Virus record (IMG/VR): IMGVR_UViG_3300025138_000016 | DNA: 64,000 bases | Reading direction: 5' to 3' (one strand) | Origin: a virus | Part shown: piece by piece, positions 37,301 to 47,029 of the stretch | Layout of the letters: every line of letters begins with the position of its first letter | How positions within the stretch are numbered: the stretch's first letter is position 1 | Notes under the pieces: model-generated | Told to the model about the DNA's origin: nothing | What the model saw: the letters and a program-made list of their open reading frames with translations, nothing else | The model's database searches: none | Made by a program: the position numbers and the translations under genes

Positions 37301-38559
37301 ATCTCAGTACCAGGTGATACTGTTAAGTTATCATTATCAGTAACTGAAGTACCTACCGTATCTCTTAATGATACAGTTGAGACTGTATTAGAACTAAATC
37401 CACCAACTAGTTGATCAACAATAAAGTAACTACCCATGTTTTGAGTTACTACTTGATCTTCTGAGCTAGCAAATGCTACTGCTTTCTGAACTGGTAATCT
37501 TGTTGTATTAAATTGTTCTGATCTAAATCCATTTACATAATGTAGTCCGGGGCCAACCAACACATTAAAATGAGTAGTATTAGCTGAAATAGGCTCAGCT
37601 GACAAAGCATTTTTACGTATCGTGTAGTCGCCTGATTCATCTTTAGTCCTTAATGCCATCTCGTCTGAGATAGTATTGAATTGTGTTGATAGCTTCTTAG
37701 CAATAGGTAGACCTTGTTGGAAGTCCATAATAGCCATAAAGTTACTATTTGATCTACCATCTTGTGTAGGAATAGCAACTAAGAATGGATTTAACTTAAG
37801 TCTATCTGCTCCAGGAGCATTTTCATTATTATAACCTGAAGCATTATCTAGTAAAGACGTATCAGCATCTGAAGTAACAATTGTTTCTGCTACATCATAA
37901 CCTACGGAGACATTGTCGGGTAAGTCCGTATACTTTGATGCTATTACTAGTCCTTCACTGACACTAACAAAATGTCCTTTACTATAAATTATACCTTCTG
38001 AACAATGTACAGCATAACCTTGACCAACACAAGTAGCAGGTGTAGCAACCTGAGAACCAGCAACTGTTACAGTTGTTATTAATGTTGTTAATGCTGCATC
38101 AGAATATATCTCAATATTTTCTGTTGTTGTAAATGTTTTGGCGTCTGAAACACCAGTAGTTATATAGTCAATATATAACGTAGTTAAATTAGGATTCTGT
38201 GAAACAAGTCCGTCTGCATATTGTTGAATTATAGCAACAACGTTAGAAGTAGCACCTTTACCGTAATAGTTAAGGTAAGTAGATGGAGCTACAGGCTGAC
38301 CATCAGTTTGTAAATCAGCAATCTTTACGTAATCGTAATCAGCATCAAGCTTAATCTGACACCCTTCAATAATAGTACCTTCTTTATAGATATTATTACC
38401 AAAGCGTGATACTTGAGCTTGGAGAATTGTCTGTAATTGAGTTAATTCTCTTGCTTGAAGAGCAACAGCTGGTTTAAAAAGAACTCTATGGAACTTTTTA
38501 TCCGCGCTGTAGTCGTCGTAGTAAGGACTAACGTTAAAATCGGTGTTTAATGTACTCAT
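34345..38559 (-). CDS. DUF4815/VrlC-like large structural protein, N-terminal part (1404 aa)
   Basis: FNVSPYYDDY..FHRVLFKP..QARELTQLQTILQ, APGADRLK, RYTMKDI..RLKNLEYYT.LS.LE and RFKNGIFVD motifs. Confidence 0.8.
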   Translation of the reverse strand: MSTLNTDFNVSPYYDDYSADKKFHRVLFKPAVALQARELTQLQTILQAQVSRFGNNIYKEGTIIEGCQIKLDADYDYVKIADLQTDGQPVAPSTYLNYYGKGATSNVVAIIQQYADGLVSQNPNLTTLYIDYITTGVSDAKTFTTTENIEIYSDAALTTLITTVTVAGSQVATPATCVGQGYAVHCSEGIIYSKGHFVSVSEGLVIASKYTDLPDNVSVGYDVAETIVTSDADTSLLDNASGYNNENAPGADRLKLNPFLVAIPTQDGRSNSNFMAIMDFQQGLPIAKKLSTQFNTISDEMALRTKDESGDYTIRKNALSAEPISANTTHFNVLVGPGLHYVNGFRSEQFNTTRLPVQKAVAFASSEDQVVTQNMGSYFIVDQLVGGFSSNTVSTVSLRDTVGTSVTDNDNLTVSPGTEIGTAKVKAFAYHSGVQGTAKAQYKVYVFDVKMNAGKAIRNIKALHINAAGTADAVLINSRAILHEPQINTNLWPLPARAIKATSGSDYTYRSERQVTTSSNTVTITTLSGVFPYSGALTNVQKKEFIIRPTTTAGGIANNVAIDTDKASITVSGTTATVDLTAALASGITTSKAFNVTFNEKKTNVTPLKKTLKEVYVKIDCSNNAGTTAGPWSLGMPDVDSITGIFIGSTYSESNSESKIGFVLEKNSRDNFYGLSQLTKKSSQSLTGSNKILVKCKVFQAADPASGAGFYTASSYYKSDGVSLLDPEDIPVYVSDSGFKADLRDTLDSRPQVANTGAYAVSIGAATVNPSVTETFGSIDHFLAAPDKQFETDIQYYMGRIDKLAITEKGYIVTKRGAPASSPVPPQDPPGALVLGTIIVPPFPSLTSKEARAKLRTNESVVIQPSNTKRYTMKDISKMDKRLKNLEYYTTLSQLEQKTQNMAITDENGNDRFKNGIFVDPATDFNSADTRNREFNIAIDETSTEYHPKFKKEMIDLKLQSSTNMTDLDGLMILNATESSFINQDVCSNFRPCTSVFYKYVGKVKLTPNYDAGYDETTTPTKDIFIDTSTGVKDLLDNINDILPMTKTSIDHIGTSSANTVDVNTTTDTNFKNYGYWGWDGWGGYDHVGHEGYYGYGGHYGHNNYWGGWGWPYGHTTETAVTTTTTTTTDTYLKTTQQLAMGYEDNTTAVGDFITDVTFSPFMRAKLIKILVTGLRPNTRHYLFFDNTSQAANFRPGTLATLTDGSTTLLNSAKHVHKLGDYGDPVLSDSYGVLSAQFRLTAGIFNVGDRQLVLADATTIAGMDSATSTATATYSAYNYSVNKEGVSLTTRQPTFEFETIGSNTYTEETIDIDTDVTVTNTYAWNWWWDDEYYGNSIAMDTVGNTQDTSTVQFNPYSVNTGVTIVNNTYVTSTTGTGSKANTAITGSSGGIINIDEIYSMYETR

Positions 38560-38567
38560 CTATATTC

Positions 38568-40817
38568 CTAAAAATCTATTATCAGTTTAAATGTTTCTGT
38601 CTGATTATTGTCTCTGTTCACAGGCACGAAATTCTCTTTGTATATTACTGAGCCTGATCCAGCTTTAACTTCTGGCAATGTAACTGAATTTAATTTAAAC
38701 TGCGCAGTACTATTGACTCCGTTTAAATATTTATCGCCCCCGGAGACATCTGACATCAAGAAAGTGTTCCTTACATTAGTTAATTCTACAACACCATCAC
38801 CATTGGATGGATGCGCTAATACAAAGCCGGATGCTAGTGACTCACCCTGAGTTACTTTCTCATCTTCTACTAGTCCAGTTCCGCCTATACCTGCATATGC
38901 AACTTCGGTATTATACTTAAATGTCTGTCTGAAAACTGATGTTGGTTGTGTTACTGAGGTTATGACTGAATTACCACCAGCATTACCTGCTATAGTTTCA
39001 TTCGCGAAAAATCCTCTTATATTTTTACAAGCAATACCTGAAGCATTAGCTGATATAACAACAGCTGTTGCGCCTGATGTAGCTCCTAGTATTGATTCAC
39101 CTGGTGAGAATGTTGTATCAGAAGATGAAAGTACTAATGTACCGTTTGCGAAAAGTGGATCTCTTAATAGTCCTACTTCTCTGAAATCGTTATTAGCGAC
39201 TAGCTTGCCGCTTTCTGTATTAGCAATAGATATTGATATACCTATTTGACTTGAGAATAATTCTGTTAATGTATTTGAACCATGTCCGTTCTCTGGAGAG
39301 ATAATAGCTCTTGCTGTGGCTGTATTTGATACGTAGCTATTAGATGATGCATTAGTAACAAATCCTGTATTACCTACTATGTTAATATCAGCATATGTAT
39401 AACCACTTCCAGTACTAATCATTTCAACATTAGCTACAACGTTAGCGTTTAATACATCGTTAATCTTAGCTCTTGCTTGTGCTCCAGTCCCATCACCAGT
39501 AATAATAACCTGAGGTCCTATACTATATCTTGAATCTGTTGCTAAGTTAGTAGAGAAGCTATTAGTTAATAATACTCTCTTTTCGTTAGCTGTAACAATA
39601 TACTCATCAATTATACCTAATTGTCCTGCTCCTGTACCTGACTCAATATAGAAAGATGATCCTTTATAGAAGTCAACATTAGAAGATAGAGTATCACCTG
39701 TTTGTATAACTGAAGCAACATTACTCTTTGTTGATGAAGTAATACCAGTAATCTCATCAGTAATACCAATATCACCTTTAATAGACGATACGGTTAAATG
39801 AGAACTGTTACTATCAATAATTATTCCGTTAGCAGTACCAACAGTAGCTTGAAGTATAGCACTTGAACCAGAGCTTGTTGTTATTATAACATTAGATGTG
39901 CCAGTATATGTTTTACCTTTTGTTATTAAATTAACGCCTGTTATTGTTCCGTTAGCATTAACAGATGCAATATTAGCTGTAGCAGTTAATGTAGATGGTC
40001 CATCGAACGCTAATGTATCAGTAGCTAGATAACCAGTACCACCATTAAGTATTCTTAACTGTTTAATAAACGTTGTTTTAACTTCTTCTTTTATAAATCC
40101 GCTTGTTGAACCAATATTAAGAACAGATGAAGTAGTACCTGAAATAGATACTAACTTAGGATCACCAGCAACGTTAAATTCGTTAATGAATCCAGCTGCA
40201 TAAGCAGAGTAATCTCTACCACCTTCTGTTACTTTAATAACTTGAATTGTACCATCAATAGCATCGGCTTTAACATTAGATGATAGAACAACAGGCATAG
40301 TATTTGTTGTAGCAAATTTATCCATAGTAGCTACTGGGATAGTATACATATACTTCCACTGATATCCATCAGATGCTGTTATATAAATCTCGTCATTAGA
40401 AGATGTTTCAGTTAGAGATGGAGCTTGAACAGAGTTAGCACCGTAGTTATTATCTAAACATTTAAATACATTAAATCCTGATGTCTCATTAACAACAACT
40501 GTAAAATCGGTATCCATTAAGTGGTCAGTAGTATCATCATACATATTATATAATGTATTATTAGACCAGTTATTTCTTTTAACCATATGTAAAGCGTCAT
40601 TATTAGTAACTTGCTTACCACCAATCATATTCTGATATGATTTATAATGAATTTCACTTTCACTATCTTGGAATGCAGGTGGTGTATTATCATCTGGGAA
40701 TGGAATATGATTACCATAGAAAAGATACAGTAATGTATTAGCTGATTCAGTAAGAGATTCTTTAAACTGCTCTGCGCTTAAGACTCTGAAATTATGGGTT
40801 ACATTTTTATGTGACAT
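38568..40817 (-). CDS. gp8: Baseplate wedge subunit (extended, 749 aa)
   Basis: VFKCLDNN, DGYQWKYMYTI, GHGSN, NDFREVGLLRDP and C-terminal SGSVIYKEN..R..QTETFKLIIDF. Confidence 0.85.
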   Translation of the reverse strand: MSHKNVTHNFRVLSAEQFKESLTESANTLLYLFYGNHIPFPDDNTPPAFQDSESEIHYKSYQNMIGGKQVTNNDALHMVKRNNWSNNTLYNMYDDTTDHLMDTDFTVVVNETSGFNVFKCLDNNYGANSVQAPSLTETSSNDEIYITASDGYQWKYMYTIPVATMDKFATTNTMPVVLSSNVKADAIDGTIQVIKVTEGGRDYSAYAAGFINEFNVAGDPKLVSISGTTSSVLNIGSTSGFIKEEVKTTFIKQLRILNGGTGYLATDTLAFDGPSTLTATANIASVNANGTITGVNLITKGKTYTGTSNVIITTSSGSSAILQATVGTANGIIIDSNSSHLTVSSIKGDIGITDEITGITSSTKSNVASVIQTGDTLSSNVDFYKGSSFYIESGTGAGQLGIIDEYIVTANEKRVLLTNSFSTNLATDSRYSIGPQVIITGDGTGAQARAKINDVLNANVVANVEMISTGSGYTYADINIVGNTGFVTNASSNSYVSNTATARAIISPENGHGSNTLTELFSSQIGISISIANTESGKLVANNDFREVGLLRDPLFANGTLVLSSSDTTFSPGESILGATSGATAVVISANASGIACKNIRGFFANETIAGNAGGNSVITSVTQPTSVFRQTFKYNTEVAYAGIGGTGLVEDEKVTQGESLASGFVLAHPSNGDGVVELTNVRNTFLMSDVSGGDKYLNGVNSTAQFKLNSVTLPEVKAGSGSVIYKENFVPVNRDNNQTETFKLIIDF

Positions 40818-40819
40818 TA

Positions 40820-43800
40820 TTAACTGCTCGTTGTTATTATTGCATCAGCTGCGGTTGTGCTTTTGTTTGAATGGGTTGTTCGTACCACCTCACCAAACAG
40901 CTTGGTACCGGCAAGATGTAAAATTTCTTTTAATTGCTCTTCATATTTAGCTAATGCGATTCCAGTTCTAGATACATAAGAATACTCTTGGTAGTAATCA
41001 CTATCTTGTATCTTATTTACATCACTAACAAATGATTGTCTATCTCTCCAGCGCCCTTCACCCTTACCTTGGTTTAGAATATTAGCTTTACCAGTTACAA
41101 TGAATGCTGTATTAGCAGCTGTTAAATTAACTATATCGTCTTGCTCATAACCAAAGCCTGAATCAATAATTTCTAGCGTTGTTGCTACACCATTAGCGGT
41201 TATAACATCAGCTTGTACATTAGCATTTAAACCAATTGGTAATGTATCTTCATCTTGATAAGCCCATTGCACGTTAGCTGTAGCTCCTGATGATAGACCT
41301 GTTAATGCTGTACCAGGTACAAATGCTTGACCAAAACTTAATCTTCTTATTTTTATTTGCTCAACGCCATTATTAATCTGTCTATTTTTAAATGTACCAG
41401 TAGCAATAGCTGCTGTTGTTGTCTGTGATACACCAGTTGATAGAGGTGTAACGTTTGCTGTAGTAGATTGAGTCTGTATTATATGGCCATCATTGAATGT
41501 ACCATTTACATTACTTATTTTTATAAACGTTGAATTAGATGTTTCAATGACGCCAGTAGCGCCTGTTGTTAACTGAATAACACCTTCACCAACTGCTAAT
41601 GCATCATTGTTAGCATTTAATGTAATACCATTAGATGAACTATTACTATGATTAACTAAGAAACCAGGTAATGATATAGTCTGTTGTAATCTCTCGTCTG
41701 TTTTAAATAACCCGTTTCTATTATCAATAACACAAATAAGATCTCTTCTATTAAAACCAGCAACATATGGATTATGGGCTAGTGCTATAGGATCTAAGTT
41801 ATATCCTCCACCTGGGTTTATACCTTTAAATGATCCAATAGTACCAATTTGGAAATTAGCAAATGTAAGAGCGTTATATAATATAGTTGTAAGATCAGCT
41901 GATCCTGATTTTGGGAACCCGTAACCAAAGTCCATATTAACAGCTAACTTAGCAAGTGTACCTGTTGATGTATTAATGGTTATTGTGGCGTTTGAGTTAT
42001 ACTCGGTACCTGGTTCCACAACAGCAATAGCATTTATACCACCTGTTGTATTTGTTTGTAGCGTACCAGTAGCACCTGTATTAGGTGTACCGCCTGTTAT
42101 GGTGACTGTATCAGAGTTCTGATAACTAGATCCACCTAAAATACTTGAGCCTGTTATATTAGCAAAAGCATTAGCCTGTTCGTTTGTTATTGTTCTTGAA
42201 TTAGTAAATGTACCATTAGATAGATTTCTAACTATCATCATTGTACTATTAATAGATTCAATAGTTCCTACTGCTCCTATGGAATTACCAGATGCTCTCA
42301 TTCTGGGCGCTAAGCCTACACCTGAACCTGAGGAGGTTATAGTAACCGCTGGTACGGCTTCATACTGTATACCCTTATTGGATAATTCGATGGCTTGGAC
42401 TTTACCAGTACCATCTGTCACCACGTTACCTACTGCACTCGTTGACGGACCACCTCCTGTAAATGTCACCGTATCTGAGTTACTATAACCTGAACCGGTT
42501 GCTGTAACAACAACAGCATTTACAACTAAGTTAGCCTCGAAAACATAATCACCTGCGCTGAAACCACCGTTTGCAGCAAAAGGGCTACCCGCATTAGCAA
42601 GATTTCCATATGTTATTCCTGTATTGATTGTCACACTATCTACAAAGCCAATACCAGCATTTGATCCTTGAATATGAACGTTCGAGAACGGTCTTGGATC
42701 TAACGCTGTATTATTAGCACCTATAATATCAGTAAATAAAGAAAGAGATTCTTGCTCAGCTAGGTTACCAACTTCATAGTCAGCAGATTGACCGCTTCCT
42801 ACATTAGCAACATTAGCATAAGTATTACTTAATCTCCCTCTTACAAATGCACCGTCTCCCTTATAGAAGAATTTATTATTAGCATTTAAGCCTATAACAA
42901 GTGTATTTGATTCTGTTCTATTTTGTGAGCCAATAAACTCACCAACTGAAGTAGCATTAGCTACAGTATCTATTTGAACATTAGTAGCTGTATTACTTAC
43001 ATACAGATAATCTGCAGATGTAAACGAGCCGTCATGTACCATAATAGTAATTAAATTACCTGAGTCATTAACCATATAGCCATTAGCTACTTGAGACCCA
43101 GAAGTATTAGCACCAATAATTACTGAATTATTAGCAAAGGTTTTAAAATCTGTATTACCACTAGCCCATGATACGTTAGCAAGATCTTGCTCAACATCTT
43201 CAAATAAGAAGAAGTCTGTTATATCAGTATTAGAGTTAACAACTGTATCTATAACTAATGTAGCATTAGATGATAACGTTCTAGTATATGTATTTGAAAC
43301 TGTATAACCATATCCACCATTAGATAGTAGGAAATTAACTCTACCTGTAGCATCTAACGTTTTAGTTATTTTAGCTTTACCCTTACCACCTTTACCAGCT
43401 GATGATTCAACTTGAAATATATCACCAACATTAAAATTACGTCCACCATTATCTATAGTAATATTTGTTAACGAGCCAACCATTTTAGGAGCATCTTCGA
43501 TAAGACCGTTATCAGTAATGTATTCATCTGTTTCAAACTTACCATTAACATTAGATAAGTAAGCTACTGTTATTCTTTTACCATTAACAGTTTTAACAAC
43601 AACAGACTCACAAAAACCAGTTGCTCCTGATGAGGACCCTGTTATCTGTTTAGTAATATATGCTCTTGTTCTTTCTGATGGTGAGAGTTCTAAATAGACA
43701 GGCTTAAAGAATGTACTCTGACTTGGTGTTAATATTCTTGTACTAGGTAAAAATATCTCTACCTCTTCACCAAAGAGCATCTTTATTAATAGCTCATATG

Positions 43801-44107
43801 ACCTTGATGTACCTTTTGATTGATAAAGGTCACTAACGTGCTTAATTAAAAATCTCTCATCTGCTATACTCTTTTCTTGAGTACCTTGGAGGAAAGTATT
43901 TTTAAAGTGTACAATAAATTCTTGTACTGTAGTATCAATATCTCTTCTTGATTTGAGGCTACGTGTTAATTTTGTTGTTTTATTATCTTGCTCTAGATAT
44001 TCAAAATAAGCCATAACGAGAGCTACGACCTCAGAATTTTGCTCTCTAAAGTATTCGGGGAACTGATCCTCGATAACGTTAGAAATATATTCAGGCGTAA
44101 GATTCAT
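40820..44107 (-). CDS. gp7: Baseplate wedge initiator-like protein
   Basis: QFPEYFRE..YFEYLE, LY.SKGT..SY.LL..LFGE and C-terminal IQDSDYYQEYSY..LHLAGTKLFGE. Confidence 0.8.
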   Translation of the reverse strand: MNLTPEYISNVIEDQFPEYFREQNSEVVALVMAYFEYLEQDNKTTKLTRSLKSRRDIDTTVQEFIVHFKNTFLQGTQEKSIADERFLIKHVSDLYQSKGTSRSYELLIKMLFGEEVEIFLPSTRILTPSQSTFFKPVYLELSPSERTRAYITKQITGSSSGATGFCESVVVKTVNGKRITVAYLSNVNGKFETDEYITDNGLIEDAPKMVGSLTNITIDNGGRNFNVGDIFQVESSAGKGGKGKAKITKTLDATGRVNFLLSNGGYGYTVSNTYTRTLSSNATLVIDTVVNSNTDITDFFLFEDVEQDLANVSWASGNTDFKTFANNSVIIGANTSGSQVANGYMVNDSGNLITIMVHDGSFTSADYLYVSNTATNVQIDTVANATSVGEFIGSQNRTESNTLVIGLNANNKFFYKGDGAFVRGRLSNTYANVANVGSGQSADYEVGNLAEQESLSLFTDIIGANNTALDPRPFSNVHIQGSNAGIGFVDSVTINTGITYGNLANAGSPFAANGGFSAGDYVFEANLVVNAVVVTATGSGYSNSDTVTFTGGGPSTSAVGNVVTDGTGKVQAIELSNKGIQYEAVPAVTITSSGSGVGLAPRMRASGNSIGAVGTIESINSTMMIVRNLSNGTFTNSRTITNEQANAFANITGSSILGGSSYQNSDTVTITGGTPNTGATGTLQTNTTGGINAIAVVEPGTEYNSNATITINTSTGTLAKLAVNMDFGYGFPKSGSADLTTILYNALTFANFQIGTIGSFKGINPGGGYNLDPIALAHNPYVAGFNRRDLICVIDNRNGLFKTDERLQQTISLPGFLVNHSNSSSNGITLNANNDALAVGEGVIQLTTGATGVIETSNSTFIKISNVNGTFNDGHIIQTQSTTANVTPLSTGVSQTTTAAIATGTFKNRQINNGVEQIKIRRLSFGQAFVPGTALTGLSSGATANVQWAYQDEDTLPIGLNANVQADVITANGVATTLEIIDSGFGYEQDDIVNLTAANTAFIVTGKANILNQGKGEGRWRDRQSFVSDVNKIQDSDYYQEYSYVSRTGIALAKYEEQLKEILHLAGTKLFGEVVRTTHSNKSTTAADAIITTSS

Positions 44108-44110
44108 TTA

Positions 44111-45925
44111 CTATGCTCTCTCAGGAATAGCGGTTATTGATATATCACTAGCATTTAGTTGAAGTATAGCACCTTTAGTAGATTTAATATTTCTGCTAAC
44201 TGTTCTTGCTTTTACCTCTAAATTTGTACCTGTAAATGCTGGTATTAATAGAGATGATATTTCTATCTTACCAGTCTTATAATCGACAGTACCAGCTTTA
44301 GCTAGAATAATAACTAATTTGTCTGAGCTATCTGTCTTAACAATCTTAAGATTACCAAGTCCATCATCTACTAGAAATGCACTTGTGTCAGTAGCAAATG
44401 TAAATGTTGTTGATTCAATAGCTGATTTATATGTTGTCTTAACTGATGTGCTATGTAATATGTCATCAACAGCAAGCTCATTATTAAAGTCAATAACATA
44501 TGACTTTTTAATTGTAGCAGGAGGTGAGAGCTTTCTCTTCACTCTAACTTCAAACTCAGTTGATGATATTGAAGTATCACAAGCATCTACTGCTCCTAAT
44601 GCTTTTGAGTTTCTATATGTTACACCAAATCCATTTATGTTTGTATTAGCAAAAGATATTAAAGCATTAGTTGCTTTTGTTGCTATTGCACTAGTTGATT
44701 GGGTTGTTGTAGTTATATTATAGTATGATTTACCATTAATTTCAACGTATAAGAATTCTGGTATATTAACAACAACATCAATACCTACTGGTGTTTTATC
44801 TTTAAAGAAGTCGGTTATTGAGCTTTTTAATGACTCTGGTACGCCGTCTGCATCAGCTAAATCAACCGCTAGAATAACTTTACCATAACGAGGTGGAGTT
44901 AATTGCTCGCCACCAAATGCCAGCACATTTTTAACTTGAGGGTATTCTCTTTGCAATAGTATTTTATAATCGTTGGCTGTAACAGCTCTTTCTTGCACCT
45001 GGAAGGCACGCGGTGCATTGAATTTGATATCGTTCATCGATTCAATTTCTTGTCCACCGATACTATTTGTGACAGTTGATACAGCAACGTTGCTATGACC
45101 GTCTATTGATCCACTATTAACAAAAACTTTACCATTATCACCGAGCTTACCTGTGCCCGATCTATATGAAATCTCTACTAAATTACCTTGAACTGGTTTT
45201 TTACCAAACACTCCATCACCGAATGTGATGTTAAACTTACTTCCTTGTGTTGGTTCTATAAAATATGAATTGGATGTAGATGATAATCCAAATAGAGTAT
45301 CAGCTCTTGTCCATACAGAGTTAGAAGTAGAACTACTTGATTCTCTTATTTTAACAACTAGATGTCTTGTATCTACTTCTTTATTAGATATAGTTGCTAT
45401 AAATGAGTTAGCTGAGGTAACAGCAAATACTTCTTCAACAACTTTACCTTCAAATATATCAACATTAGATGCAACGTACTGTGTATTATTTAATCCATCA
45501 ACAGAAGGTTTAATAACTAAAGCGTTTTCAGTTGTGAATGTTTTAGATACACCAGCAATAGACGTAGTGAAAGGAGTATACTTTGGTACAGTAATAAGAC
45601 TCTGTCTTTCAGTTGGATAAACTTGTAGATTAATAACCGCTTTTGATGAATGAAATGATCTAGGTGTATAATTAAGTTCTTTAATATGCGATATAATACT
45701 ATCTCTTTCTTGAGCTGTATCTAAGAACATTTCATTAGCTACCATATTAAGGTAGAAATTATTTAAATATGTGTTATAAGCTAATACATCTAAAACAGTA
45801 CTAATATTAGAACCTGTATAGTCATAATCCTTAATATTGCTCTGTGATTGAAGAAACGTAACTAAATTAGTTTTAATTCCTTCGAAGTCTAGCTCTGCGA
45901 TTTGTGTTGCTGAATTTGCGGCCAT
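44111..45925 (-). CDS. gp6: Baseplate wedge subunit
   Basis: LDFEGIKTNL..DYDYTGS..LDVLAYNT, FGDGVFGK and QERAVTANDY motifs. Confidence 0.93.
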   Translation of the reverse strand: MAANSATQIAELDFEGIKTNLVTFLQSQSNIKDYDYTGSNISTVLDVLAYNTYLNNFYLNMVANEMFLDTAQERDSIISHIKELNYTPRSFHSSKAVINLQVYPTERQSLITVPKYTPFTTSIAGVSKTFTTENALVIKPSVDGLNNTQYVASNVDIFEGKVVEEVFAVTSANSFIATISNKEVDTRHLVVKIRESSSSTSNSVWTRADTLFGLSSTSNSYFIEPTQGSKFNITFGDGVFGKKPVQGNLVEISYRSGTGKLGDNGKVFVNSGSIDGHSNVAVSTVTNSIGGQEIESMNDIKFNAPRAFQVQERAVTANDYKILLQREYPQVKNVLAFGGEQLTPPRYGKVILAVDLADADGVPESLKSSITDFFKDKTPVGIDVVVNIPEFLYVEINGKSYYNITTTTQSTSAIATKATNALISFANTNINGFGVTYRNSKALGAVDACDTSISSTEFEVRVKRKLSPPATIKKSYVIDFNNELAVDDILHSTSVKTTYKSAIESTTFTFATDTSAFLVDDGLGNLKIVKTDSSDKLVIILAKAGTVDYKTGKIEISSLLIPAFTGTNLEVKARTVSRNIKSTKGAILQLNASDISITAIPERA

Positions 45926-46320
45926 TACCTTACCCTACTTAATATTAAATCCAGTACTACTGGAGTTTCTGCGTTTATTGCTGAAAATGTAACATAAACA
46001 TTATATTGATTTCTATCTGAGTCATCTTCTACAACAACATCCATAAGGTTACATCTTGGTTCATAATTTATAATTGTTTCGTAAATAAGTTCTCGTAAGT
46101 TATAAGCAGTTTGTGGACCTGAATTTTCAAATAATAAGCTTCTTATTGAAGATCCAACATCTGGTCTAAACACTCTCTCATATCTATTTGTATTTAATAG
46201 ATTTTTAATTGATTGCTCTATCGACGCTTCATTGTTAACGAGCAGGAGATCATCAGTAGCTGGATTGACTGCTAAGTCAAATCGAAGATCAGAATATACG
46301 ATATTTTTATTTCTACTCAT
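45925..46320 (-). CDS. gp25: Baseplate wedge subunit
   Basis: YSDL..SI.QSIKNLLNT..ERVF.PD.GS..YEPR motifs. Confidence 0.92.
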   Translation of the reverse strand: MSRNKNIVYSDLRFDLAVNPATDDLLLVNNEASIEQSIKNLLNTNRYERVFRPDVGSSIRSLLFENSGPQTAYNLRELIYETIINYEPRCNLMDVVVEDDSDRNQYNVYVTFSAINAETPVVLDLILSRVR

Positions 46321-46333
46321 AGATTTATTTATC

Positions 46334-47029
46334 TTACTTAAATGTGAACTTAGACTGTGCTTTTATTTGGTTTACTTTATTAAGCATGTCTGTTGTTATC
46401 TTAGTTACATCAGCCTGAATTGCTTCAGTTGCTGCGGTCAACTCTTCAGTTATTTCAGCAGCTGCTTCTTGTACTTTTGCTGGATCAATAATCTCTTCTG
46501 GTTTAGGAAGATCTTTTGCTGCTTCTTCTGGAGCTGTTGAAGGTATACCTTTTTCTATTATACCATCTACTGCTTCTTCTATATTAGGAACTAATTTACA
46601 AAGAGTTTCTTTATCAATCTTACCTGCTTTCAAATCTGCTATTAATTTATCTAGTTCTGCAGCTGGCATACTAGGAAATTTATCTTTTAACGAATCTAAA
46701 TTTAAAAGAGCTTTTGCTTTATCTAATGGATTGTTTGAACTAAGTAGATCTAAGAATCCACCTACTTCAAGTTGCAAGTTCATCTTCGGTATAGGTAGCT
46801 CTGGTAACTCGAGATTAGGTAAATCAGGCATGTCTGGTAATTCAATATTAGGCATCATCTCTTTCATCTTAGCTGCAGCCTCGCCAATCTTAGCGTCTGC
46901 TTGAGCGGCTAGATCATCTAACTTACCCATAATACCATCTGCACCAGCAGTTAGCCCGTCAGTGAATCCGTTTAATGCATCTTTTGCTTTAGTTAATGCT
47001 TCTAAACCTTTACCTGGACCACAACTCAT
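46334..47029 (-). CDS. Hypothetical helical protein between gp5 and gp25 (231 aa)
   Basis: Intact ORF with an LP-repeat segment; no recognisable family. Confidence 0.7.
   Translation of the reverse strand: MSCGPGKGLEALTKAKDALNGFTDGLTAGADGIMGKLDDLAAQADAKIGEAAAKMKEMMPNIELPDMPDLPNLELPELPIPKMNLQLEVGGFLDLLSSNNPLDKAKALLNLDSLKDKFPSMPAAELDKLIADLKAGKIDKETLCKLVPNIEEAVDGIIEKGIPSTAPEEAAKDLPKPEEIIDPAKVQEAAAEITEELTAATEAIQADVTKITTDMLNKVNQIKAQSKFTFK

Noticed and set aside
9974-38559. Assigning T4 names gp9, gp10, gp11, gp12, wac or gp34-37 to the fibre genes
   Set aside because: No diagnostic motifs were recognised, and position alone is insufficient.
29418-45620. Long plus-strand ORFs antisense to structural genes (e.g. 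30693-31487, 29418-29888, 44319-44723)
   Set aside because: Antisense shadows of S/T/G/N-rich genes with biased codon use; the V/L/P/A-rich translations have no motifs.
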